A stretch of DNA of 64,000 nucleotides, taken from a virus. A program made the translations under genes and the position numbers. The notes beneath the pieces are model-generated. The model was not told the origin of the DNA and searched no databases. It saw nothing but the letters and a program-made list of their open reading frames with translations. The stretch spans positions 32,001 through 96,000 of IMG/VR virus record IMGVR_UViG_3300044684_000278, one strand, 5' to 3'. Positions 47,441 to 55,525 of the stretch are shown here, in pieces (the stretch's first letter is position 1; each line of letters opens with the position of its first letter).

Positions 47441-47743
47441 TTACTTACTTAGTTTCTGCTCCAGTGTGTCCAGAGCTGATTGTATGTTATTCCAGGAGAT
47501 GGGCACTGTTATAAGGGCAAGATCGTAGAACTCAAGATTGTGATATTCCTCTGCATCAGGTTTGTTGTCCCATACTACGTGTGCATAATTATTCTTATCA
47601 GGCATGTGAATAACAGTTCCTTCTGCATTGGGCCCTCCAATCTTTTTTATATACCTTTCAAAAGCAGGTTGATTCAGGTGGTGACTTGGCTTAACCCGTG
47701 TTCCTGGAACACAGGTTTCCTTAGTAAGCAATACTTCACTCAT
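47441..47743 (-). CDS. Conserved C-terminal helix family member
   Basis: LLTKETCVPGTRV...VVWD head; tail WNNIQSALDTLEQKLSK. Confidence 0.75.
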   Translation of the reverse strand: MSEVLLTKETCVPGTRVKPSHHLNQPAFERYIKKIGGPNAEGTVIHMPDKNNYAHVVWDNKPDAEEYHNLEFYDLALITVPISWNNIQSALDTLEQKLSK

Positions 47744-47745
47744 GG

Positions 47746-48060
47746 TTATAACTGCAACAGCCTGATTAGTTCTCTGAGATCCTCCCCGTACTCCATATTC
47801 CTGGTTAAGGTGATTACATCATCCTTATTCCTATCCGGGCTGGATCCTTCTCTAAGGAAAGCATAATACTCTCCCTTGCCTTTATCATTACACAGTGATA
47901 AAGACAATGCTTTAAAATGATGGAGATTCGTAGCTCCTGGAAAATCAGGAGTAAAGGTTTGATCTACCAGCACCAGCATATAGGACTCCTGGATAAGACT
48001 GGGAACATGCTTGAATCCCAGCTCGTGTAATAGTTTACCGGTGATCTTTGTCTTTTTCAT
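47746..48060 (-). CDS. Hypothetical protein
   Basis: ITGKLLHELGF N-terminus. Confidence 0.55.
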   Translation of the reverse strand: MKKTKITGKLLHELGFKHVPSLIQESYMLVLVDQTFTPDFPGATNLHHFKALSLSLCNDKGKGEYYAFLREGSSPDRNKDDVITLTRNMEYGEDLRELIRLLQL

Positions 48061-48429
48061 AGCGGTATGTTTAAAACTATTTTTGGATTACAAACCAGGT
48101 AGTTATTTTAAGGGCTTTTCTCCTGCTATCTGGTATACCTCTATACAACCCGTAAACCCTGCTCCAGCTGATAGCTTCATAGAGTAAGGAAAGCAGGGCT
48201 CTGTCTTTAAATACAATCCTGTAAAGGTGAGCACATTCTCTGGGATGTGAGTTATGTTTATCCTGAAGGCTCTCCAAAGAGGGAGCATAGACACCAGAGA
48301 TAAGCTTGAGAACTATTAATAGGCTTACAATTAGTAATGTGGTCATGTTTTTATGAATTAATTAAACATCATTGTTTAAAGCAAATAAAAAGTTTCCCAT
48401 TGATATTATCTCCGGGAAACTCATAATCC

Positions 48430-49629
48430 TTATACCACTGCTCTTGCCTTTTTGATACGTTGAGTGATCACATCACTACCCAGCTTGGACACAATAAGTC
48501 CAGCTATGGTTTCCGGATCACGCTGATACTTGTCATTGAGGTATACAATACCCTTATTGACAAACACCCAGCTTTCACACTCTCCGGTGCGGATTTCCAG
48601 ATCCTCCAGGTTAAGTACAGCCAGACATTTTCTGATCTCTGTCAAATCCCGTATTGTGGTAGGTAAAAACAGCTCATTACTGCCGTTTATCAATTCCACA
48701 AGACTTACAACCAACCCCATATCCAGTAATTTCTTATACCAGGATACAGGAATAGTGATAGCATCAGGACCAGAAAGACACAGTCCGCCCATTCTCTTAA
48801 TAGTAGAAGTGGTAAACTCAACACCCTGCTGGATCAGCTCAGTAAGTGCTTTAATAATACCATCAGTTGGAGTGTAATAACTTTCAATATATCCGTGATC
48901 ATCACTGTTGATCAGGATAGCCTTCAGGATGTCAGCAGGTATTTCTCCCTCTCTTATGAATTGGGTAAGCTGTTCTGCTATTTGATCGTGAGAAGTCAAC
49001 CGGTCCTCGTTGATGTAGATATTATCAAAAGTAATATCAAACATACCCTGGCTGCGGGACTCTCCGTTGTAACATTTAATCCCTTTACGGAATACATTGA
49101 TCGGACCCTGCTGCTCTTTCAGATAAATAGCTCCATACTTGTTATAGTAATCAGGTGTGCGGTTAAAGGAGAAGAAGTTATCAAAGTTATCCATCACTCC
49201 CTGGAGCTCACCATTCATTGGAATATAAATGGTGGTGGATTCAGTGTCAGTGGGCACTGGAGTGTACTTAATAACGTCAATGTTGTGATCTCCCTCATCA
49301 ATGGCATTTGATAAGATCTCTCTTACAGCCATCCAACCAGTCCACTGTGGCCCCATTTCAGAGGTAAGACTGGTACGCAGGCCATCCACAGTGATTACTT
49401 TAACAGGTTTGTCTCTGTGCAGTACAACCTCAAAATCAATTTTGATCTCTTTGTTACCTGAGTAGATAACAGGAGTACAGTCGTTACGTGTCAGCCAGGC
49501 TAATGCATACTTCCATCCAGATCCGAACATACCTATTTTACCGGTCTGTTCTCTTTTGGTAGAGCTACCAATTAGCATTAAGTCTTCTGCTACAATAAGT
49601 CCTTTGTTGGTGATTCTTAAAAAGTTCAT
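48430..49629 (-). CDS. GHKL (HATPase_c)-like ATPase, permuted motif order
   Basis: NKG...IGSSTKR...IGMFGSGWKYA precedes AVREILSNAIDEG. Confidence 0.65.
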   Translation of the reverse strand: MNFLRITNKGLIVAEDLMLIGSSTKREQTGKIGMFGSGWKYALAWLTRNDCTPVIYSGNKEIKIDFEVVLHRDKPVKVITVDGLRTSLTSEMGPQWTGWMAVREILSNAIDEGDHNIDVIKYTPVPTDTESTTIYIPMNGELQGVMDNFDNFFSFNRTPDYYNKYGAIYLKEQQGPINVFRKGIKCYNGESRSQGMFDITFDNIYINEDRLTSHDQIAEQLTQFIREGEIPADILKAILINSDDHGYIESYYTPTDGIIKALTELIQQGVEFTTSTIKRMGGLCLSGPDAITIPVSWYKKLLDMGLVVSLVELINGSNELFLPTTIRDLTEIRKCLAVLNLEDLEIRTGECESWVFVNKGIVYLNDKYQRDPETIAGLIVSKLGSDVITQRIKKARAVV

Positions 49630-49819
49630 GTTTTAATGTGTTTATGAGTTTGAGCGGTGCTATGACCCTAAACCTGGTGGAAACCAGACCTAACAGCAGC
49701 TTATAGCCCTGTTATGCACTCCTGTAATGAAAAAGCCAGAGAATTAACTCTGGCCGTGGATCCTTTCTTACTCCAGGATATAGAGCTATACAGAGGAATC
49801 AATCCCCTGTATAGAGTAA

Positions 49820-50035
49820 TTACTCCTTACACTGTATAATAATAACAGGAGGCATTGCTTCACCCTGTGCAGTGTAATAAAATCCTTTAGAGAGACAATC
49901 CAGATGAACTGGTATTGCTTGCATATTGTTGCCATCCTGTGTACCTGCTATTGGTATCAGTACAGAATCAGTTTCTGATCTGCTACCACAAACAGGACAG
50001 TTTTTGTGGTCTTGAGGAAAAGGGAATACTTTCAT
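49820..50035 (-). CDS. Small zinc-binding protein
   Basis: CPVC...HLDC. Confidence 0.5.
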   Translation of the reverse strand: MKVFPFPQDHKNCPVCGSRSETDSVLIPIAGTQDGNNMQAIPVHLDCLSKGFYYTAQGEAMPPVIIIQCKE

Positions 50036-50258
50036 AGTTATAGCTATTTAATCCAGTTGTGAGAGATGATATATGATGGTTTGAGTGGTTTCTGAGGGAG
50101 AGAGAAAGTGTGTGTGAGATATCTCCTCATGACACAGACACACACAAATCCCAAATAAATTCCAGTACTTAGTGTACTGAATCCACTAAGAAATGATTTA
50201 TCATCCCATCTGAGTATCAGATAGTTATAACAAATCATTCCCGAGCGGATAGTTTTAC

Positions 50259-50546
50259 TTAGTGTGATGAGTCTTCATCAGCAACTTTTTGATCAACTTC
50301 TTCTTTCATACCAGGTACGGTATCATGGATGTGTTTGATCAGCACATCATTGGTCGTAATGAGCATGTCCAGCTCACCAGTAATAGCATCAAACATTTTC
50401 TTTTCCTCTTCTGATACAGTAGGAGGACAGGTGATTCCTGCTCTGAGCATCTGCAATGCTTCCTGGTTTGCTTCCAGAGAAGTATACAATGCTTCAATTA
50501 AACCAGCTACTACGGCTGCACTGTGTTGGGTTTCTGTCTGTGACAT
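50259..50546 (-). CDS. Hypothetical protein
   Basis: 95-aa ORF. Confidence 0.55.
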   Translation of the reverse strand: MSQTETQHSAAVVAGLIEALYTSLEANQEALQMLRAGITCPPTVSEEEKKMFDAITGELDMLITTNDVLIKHIHDTVPGMKEEVDQKVADEDSSH

Positions 50547-50577
50547 GGATATATGGATTAATGAATAAGCATGATAG

Positions 50578-50666
50578 TTTTAAGTAGCTCACTGGTGGAC
50601 CCCCAACTATACTATAGTATATAAAACATTGGTATAGTTAGTGGCTCATATATGAGCTACTTAAAA
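50578..50666. repeat. Long imperfect inverted repeat
   Basis: TTTTAAGTAGCTCA / TGAGCTACTTAAAA (14 bp) enclosing AACTATAC / GTATAGTT. Confidence 0.65.
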
Positions 50667-50676
50667 TGATGAGTGG

Positions 50677-51009
50677 TTAGATCCTCTTGATCACAATGGC
50701 ACGTTTATAATCAGTATAGCCCCTTACCGTGTCCCTGTACTCAATGAGAATAGTCGTATCATGAGTTACTTCACAAGGCTCACAGAGTTTATACTCACCA
50801 TCATAAGAATGAGATCCCCTGCTCAGCATGATCGTGTCACCCTTATCTAAACTCTCATCACCAGCATTAAAAGTCATGACAGTGTTGTCCTTCATCTTAA
50901 GCTTTACTTTGTTATTACTGCAAGAGGCAAGTGATGCCAGCATACCCATTAACAGTACCCAGAATACAATCCTGGCTACAGTACGGTCTGATAATTCTGT
51001 TTGTTTCAT
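50677..51009 (-). CDS. Lipoprotein
   Basis: Lipobox LAS-C. Confidence 0.65.
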   Translation of the reverse strand: MKQTELSDRTVARIVFWVLLMGMLASLASCSNNKVKLKMKDNTVMTFNAGDESLDKGDTIMLSRGSHSYDGEYKLCEPCEVTHDTTILIEYRDTVRGYTDYKRAIVIKRI

Positions 51010-51139
51010 GGTCGGTTTATTGTGGATGGTTTAAAAATCTATTCATGACTAATCTGCTGATGGGTGATACATGATCCCACCAGCAGATTTAGTTTACTGA
51101 TTGATGATAATGACTTGACTGAAAAAAGCAAATGGACTA

Positions 51140-51442
51140 TTATATAGTCCAGATGCTTTTACGTTTAGAAGGATCCTGAATCCAGTAAGCCTGGTCACGC
51201 TCTGACCATTGAAGCTGCATTCCGGGCTTCACACGCAGTGTTTCATCATCAACGGGCTCAATGACCTCATCCATGGTCTTCTGGAAGAATGTTACGATTC
51301 TGCCATCAGACAGTTTAGCCTTGAAGCCCACGTTGCCATTCTGGAATGGCTGAGCTTTAACATCAGATACTTTGAATGATAGGTCTGCCAGTTGTTTCAG
51401 AGCTTCTGCTCCAGCTGCTTTAAGAAATTCTAATGCTTTCAT
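51140..51442 (-). CDS. Hypothetical protein, first gene of the minus-strand block
   Basis: Likely start MKALEF. Confidence 0.6.
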   Translation of the reverse strand: MKALEFLKAAGAEALKQLADLSFKVSDVKAQPFQNGNVGFKAKLSDGRIVTFFQKTMDEVIEPVDDETLRVKPGMQLQWSERDQAYWIQDPSKRKSIWTI

Positions 51443-51775
51443 TTTTAAGATTTTTAAGATTATGATGGGGGTAACCCCCTTGCCAGGATGAAGGCGGGGG
51501 TGGTTTGGTGGGCACTCCATCACACATCACAACACAGATCCAAAAAATATGGGGGAAAAAAATTTGCAGAAGTGGTTTCACTATGCCTATATTAGCCTAT
51601 GTCGGACGGCAATTCACAACTCTTGACTTCTTACCAGACCCGGAGAGATATAACTTCACCGGGTTTCTTTTTTAAGCAAATCCCCTTATCTCCCAGGCTT
51701 TAACACGTAAAGTATTTACCAGATCCCGTATATTTAACCTTCATCACTTTCTTTGCACCCATAAACCAACGTACT

Positions 51776-52414
51776 ATGAACAAAGTGAGCAAGGACTACT
51801 ATGCTCTGAATCTGACAGACAAGCAGACAGACCGTCTGATCACAAAAGTAGAAGCAGACATCACAATACTCATGCAGGAGATCTCCACAAAGACCGGCCC
51901 ACTCCGGGAGGCAGAGCAGTATTACATGGAATTAAAGCGGGAACATGATGCTATCCAGGATGAGCTCAATGACTCCAAATCCTTACTGGAGGCTCTGACC
52001 CGGTTCAAGACCAATGCCAGGGGAAGTAAGGAGATCCGGGTGTTGAGAACTACTTCCGTGACGGAGAGCAAAGAGAAAAAACGCAGGCATTTCAAGTGGA
52101 TCCAGATGGCTATAGAAGTGCTGACCAAAGAAGACAAGTACATGAGCCATGAAGAGCTCTGGAAGAAAATGCTCACATCCTTCCCGGAGATTGAGAAAGC
52201 CTTTAACGGGGACAAGCAGAAACTCAACCAGGTAAAGAACACCACCTTCCATAATTTCAACAGGGCCTGTGAGGAATCCAGGAAGAATAACTCCGGGAAG
52301 CTAATTGACTACCAGAAGAAGATCGGACTCTTTGGCTGGACCCTGGATAACCTGGCTCCGGATCCCCAGCACATTAAAGAGTTCATGCACGGAGGTATGA
52401 GAGCAGCCGTGTAA
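51776..52414 (+). CDS. Coiled-coil + probable winged-helix protein
   Basis: N-terminal heptads; WIQMAIEVL...MSHEELW. Confidence 0.65.
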   Translation: MNKVSKDYYALNLTDKQTDRLITKVEADITILMQEISTKTGPLREAEQYYMELKREHDAIQDELNDSKSLLEALTRFKTNARGSKEIRVLRTTSVTESKEKKRRHFKWIQMAIEVLTKEDKYMSHEELWKKMLTSFPEIEKAFNGDKQKLNQVKNTTFHNFNRACEESRKNNSGKLIDYQKKIGLFGWTLDNLAPDPQHIKEFMHGGMRAAV

Positions 52415-52433
52415 AAAATACTTTGCAGTTCCT

Positions 52434-52459
52434 AAACTTTTTAGTATATTATTAGTAGG
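52434..52459 (+). promoter_or_regulatory. Putative phage promoter AAACTTT-N3-GTATATTAT-N2-GTAGG
   Basis: Near-identical to 54940-54967 and 63-78. Confidence 0.55.
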
Positions 52460-52520
52460 ATCAGTAAGCAATGGAGCTTCTGATTATTGCAGCAGGAACT
52501 GGCTAAGCAGTTTACACGTT

Positions 52521-53012
52521 ATGAAAACTACAGAATTAACAGGATACCGTATCCTGTCTTTCGTAGATCCACAATCAGGATCTTCTGAGAATATCTCAAA
52601 CTTTCGGCCTTATGCAATCCAAAGGGATTCAGATGGTGAGATCTTCACAATAGGTGACAGGTTCATTAACAAAAATGTGAAGCCTGGAACAAAGGCTCCT
52701 CATGGAGAGATTACCGGGTTTGAACTGCTGGAAGGCACAGTATTCATTAGACATACCTGGTCAGGAATAGGATTTTCTTTGAACAGTATAGAAAAAGACA
52801 TCACCCTTCCCTCCAGGTTTCAGATTAATGACAAGGTTGTCTTTATCATACAGGGAAAGGATTCCAATTTTGGCTGTTTTGATGCAGTAGTAAAAGGGGT
52901 TCATTTCTATAAAGGAAAAGTAAAGTATGACCTGGAACTGCAGTTTGGACAAGACGATTTCACCAGGATCTATAATATTGATTCCTGTTTTGTGGAGCCT
53001 ATAAAAAATTAA
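52521..53012 (+). CDS. Hypothetical two-module protein
   Basis: 163-aa ORF. Confidence 0.6.
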   Translation: MKTTELTGYRILSFVDPQSGSSENISNFRPYAIQRDSDGEIFTIGDRFINKNVKPGTKAPHGEITGFELLEGTVFIRHTWSGIGFSLNSIEKDITLPSRFQINDKVVFIIQGKDSNFGCFDAVVKGVHFYKGKVKYDLELQFGQDDFTRIYNIDSCFVEPIKN

Positions 53013-53055
53013 TACAGTCCCTGGAATTTTCTAAAATAATTAGCATATTTGCATC

Positions 53056-53133
53056 ATGATTTTTAACAACCCATTTCATCAGCAGCCCAACTTCTGGAAT
53101 CCCTTCCAGGGGCCTGGAGATGGTATGTGGTAA
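53056..53133 (+). CDS. Leader peptide MIFNNPFHQQPNFWNPFQGPGDGMW of a putative tRNA-operon attenuator
   Basis: ATG 53056 to TAA 53133; 14 of 25 codons are N/P/Q/H/W; preceded by CATATTTG (-7-like). Confidence 0.75.
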   Translation: MIFNNPFHQQPNFWNPFQGPGDGMW

Positions 53134-53161
53134 TCAAGACAAATAAACATATTCATTAACT

Positions 53162-53196
53162 GAGCTCCTGGAATGCAAACCCCCAGGAGCTTTTTT
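53162..53196 (+). terminator. Attenuator terminator hairpin upstream of the tRNA cluster
   Basis: GAGCTCCTGG / CCAGGAGCTT followed by T-run. Confidence 0.85.
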
Positions 53197-53201
53197 ATTT
53201 T

Positions 53202-53274
53202 CTGGATGTAGTGAAGTTGGTATCATGCCTGGTTTGGGACCAGGAGACCGCAAGTTCGAGTCTTGCCATCCAGA
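53202..53274 (+). tRNA. tRNA-Pro(UGG)
   Basis: Cloverleaf; CCTGG-TTTGGGA-CCAGG. Confidence 0.92.
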
Positions 53275-53281
53275 CTATTAC

Positions 53282-53356
53282 GGGACCTTAGCTCAGAGGT
53301 AGAGCAGCACCCTGTTAAGGTGATGGTCACAGGTTCAATCCCTGTAGGTCCCGCCA
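53282..53356 (+). tRNA. tRNA-Asn(GUU)
   Basis: Cloverleaf; loop CTGTTAA; encoded CCA. Confidence 0.93.
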
Positions 53357-53359
53357 TAT

Positions 53360-53431
53360 TTTCCTGTAGTGTAGCTGGCAACACAAGAGATTTTGGCTCT
53401 CTTATCACTGGTTCGAACCCAGTCAGGAAAT
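53360..53431 (+). tRNA. tRNA-Gln(UUG)
   Basis: Cloverleaf; AGAGA-TTTTGGC-TCTCT. Confidence 0.9.
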
Positions 53432-53433
53432 CT

Positions 53434-53509
53434 GTGTCTGTAGCTTAATTGGTAGAGCACTGGTTTGTGGCACCAGCAGGTACGGGTTCAACTCCCGTCA
53501 GACACCCCA
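53434..53509 (+). tRNA. tRNA-His(GUG)
   Basis: Cloverleaf; loop TTGTGGC; C73 plus CCA; no genomic G-1. Confidence 0.92.
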
Positions 53510-53510
53510 T

Positions 53511-53583
53511 ATCCGTGTAGCTCAATTGGTAGAGCAGCGGTCTCCAAAACCGTGTGTTGGTGGTTCGAATCCATCCATGGGTG
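53511..53583 (+). tRNA. tRNA-Trp(CCA)
   Basis: Cloverleaf; loop CTCCAAA. Confidence 0.92.
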
Positions 53584-53588
53584 CATCA

Positions 53589-53659
53589 GCCTTCTTCGTC
53601 CAATGGTAGGACTACGCACTTGTAATGCGTGTATGCTGGTTCGAGTCCGGCAGAAGGCT
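53589..53659 (+). tRNA. tRNA-Thr(UGU)
   Basis: Cloverleaf; ACGCA-CTTGTAA-TGCGT. Confidence 0.92.
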
Positions 53660-53714
53660 CCTTGATTATTCCAGGGACATGTTTTACTTTTACGCCCGTA
53701 AACCTAACGGTCCC

Positions 53715-54164
53715 ATGAAAACGAAAATCATCCTGCTGCTTTCCCTGCTGTTTATCTCCCTGAGTTCTTACTGCCAGCTTTCCAACCTTACAGATCCGAT
53801 CCGTAAAGATGAAGCTTATTGCCGGGCCCTCATGAAAAATGAAAAGGCTGCCTGGGAGGACTATGGTGAATCAGGAAAGACCGTCCATTATTCCTATCCG
53901 GATTACCTGATCACATTTACCTTCATCAAGAACCGGTGCGTTAATGTGCGCATTGACTTCGTGGTGAACGAAGATGTTGTGGATAAAACCATGTATCATT
54001 GGCTTTATGAAAAAAACTATGAGTCAGCCTTTGGCGGAACTTTGTGGGGCAAGATGCTGCCACAGCCTGGAAGATCAGATGCTTCATTTCCAGTAGCCGT
54101 ACAAAAACTGGACAAGTCCTCCTGGTGGCTTTATGACGTGCTGTACTATTCAGACAGTCACTAA
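53715..54164 (+). CDS. Secreted protein (Sec signal), moron-like
   Basis: MKTKIILLLSLLFISLSSYC-Q Bacteroidota-style signal peptide. Confidence 0.7.
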   Translation: MKTKIILLLSLLFISLSSYCQLSNLTDPIRKDEAYCRALMKNEKAAWEDYGESGKTVHYSYPDYLITFTFIKNRCVNVRIDFVVNEDVVDKTMYHWLYEKNYESAFGGTLWGKMLPQPGRSDASFPVAVQKLDKSSWWLYDVLYYSDSH

Positions 54165-54667
54165 TGGGGCTTAGGCAACTTCCCGGTTATAATAGCTTCA
54201 ATGATACCCTGTTCCGTTTTGACCAGGTAGTCATACATGATCACATTGAGCTTATTGAGTTCCTTATTAGTCCTTTTTAATCCCTCGATCACCAGCTGCT
54301 GTTCTCCAATACTTTGCCTCATCGTTATATAAGTCTGCAGGAATGCATATGCACTTACAGGCTGGAAATGCCCGTCCTTAGCCAGCCGCACCATCTCCTG
54401 GATCCAGGGGGTCTCATCATACGTCAACGGGTTCACCAGGTCTATCTGGAACACCAGGTTGAATTTCTCTATAAAAGTTTCACTGATTTTTTTTGTCCCA
54501 CTCATGTAAGCTGCCAAGGTTGAAGCCGATACACCTACTTTTTTTGCTATGTCTGCATTATTGCGAGCTTTCTTTTTGCGGATCAGGAAATCAACAGCCT
54601 GAGTAAGAGCTTCATGGGAGTGTACCTTGAACAGCTGGTGGTACGTTTTCACTACTTTGTCTGTCAC
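54161..54667 (-). CDS. XRE-family HTH regulator (repressor candidate)
   Basis: NADIAKKVGVSASTLAAYMSG; TATATTTG -7 element at 54706-54713 on the minus strand. Confidence 0.75.
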   Translation of the reverse strand: MTDKVVKTYHQLFKVHSHEALTQAVDFLIRKKKARNNADIAKKVGVSASTLAAYMSGTKKISETFIEKFNLVFQIDLVNPLTYDETPWIQEMVRLAKDGHFQPVSAYAFLQTYITMRQSIGEQQLVIEGLKRTNKELNKLNVIMYDYLVKTEQGIIEAIITGKLPKPH

Positions 54668-54731
54668 GGGTTACTTATTCTTTTGAGGTTTGATACAATT
54701 GTTACCAAATATACCGCTCTCCAAAACCAGT

Positions 54732-54967
54732 TCTACAGCAATAACAAATCTTTTAATCTGCTTTTAACCCTACCTACTTAGTAAATAATTTACCAACCTC
54801 ATTTTGTGTTCCCCATAACAATCTCTACAGCATACTTTTGCACTGCCTCGTGAAAACCAGTATTCCTATGGGACTTATAGACACTGTAGAATAAGTAGAG
54901 TTGCAACCTACCTAATTCTCTAATAAATTTGTAGAGTTTAAACTTTATAAGTATATTATAGTGTAGG
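54732..54967. promoter_or_regulatory. Divergent control region with four TCTACA/TGTAGA boxes and a GTATATTAT promoter
   Basis: Boxes at 54732, 54824, 54885, 54930; AAACTTT..GTATATTAT..GTAGG 54940-54967. Confidence 0.55.
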
Positions 54968-54990
54968 GAGTCCCCCTAAAACCAACTAAC

Positions 54991-55428
54991 ATGACAAAAC
55001 AATCCGTACCCACTGAAGCTCCCTCAAGGGAGGATAAGATCACAGCTTTGAAAGAGCAGATCGAGCTAAAAGAATACCAGGTGAAACTGCAGGAGCTTAA
55101 CACCAAGCTGGCTGTTTTCCGTGCAGATGAACTGGAAGCCTTTGCTAAAATTGCCCACTATTCCAAAAGTGCCCAGCCGGGACAGGGTGACGTGGTAGAA
55201 CATACCGTCACAGAAGCAGACCTCCAGAACAACCCTGAGATGATCGAGATGGGCATCAAAGTGGGTGACAGGATAGGCATACCTACTGCAGCCTATGACG
55301 CTTTCCTGAATAAAGTTGACCAGACAGGTCAGGACCTCCAAAAAGAATACATCAGTGAAGAAGCCAAAGCCGAAGCCACTGAAAAAGTTGAGGCCACTGA
55401 GCGCAAGCTGAAGGTGGTCAAAGACTAA
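54991..55428 (+). CDS. Hypothetical protein (coiled-coil N-terminus)
   Basis: 145-aa ORF. Confidence 0.65.
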   Translation: MTKQSVPTEAPSREDKITALKEQIELKEYQVKLQELNTKLAVFRADELEAFAKIAHYSKSAQPGQGDVVEHTVTEADLQNNPEMIEMGIKVGDRIGIPTAAYDAFLNKVDQTGQDLQKEYISEEAKAEATEKVEATERKLKVVKD

Positions 55429-55525
55429 AGAGCTTTCCCGGAGCCAGGGGGAAACAACCAACTGAGCATGTTTAAAGGAGTTAAGGATTAAACAGATACT
55501 TATCTCCTGGTTACCGGGAAAATAC

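Noticed and set aside
49650-49725. Possible hammerhead ribozyme in a multi-hairpin intergenic stretch
   Set aside because: Lacks the CUGANGA core on either strand.
15540-49760. Recurring AAAAGCC..GGC hairpins between minus-strand genes as a novel repeat family
   Set aside because: They fold with G-U pairs and U-tails on the minus strand and fit ordinary intrinsic terminators.
53223-53665. Short ORFs over the tRNA cluster (also 55609-55818)
   Set aside because: They overlap clear tRNA cloverleafs.
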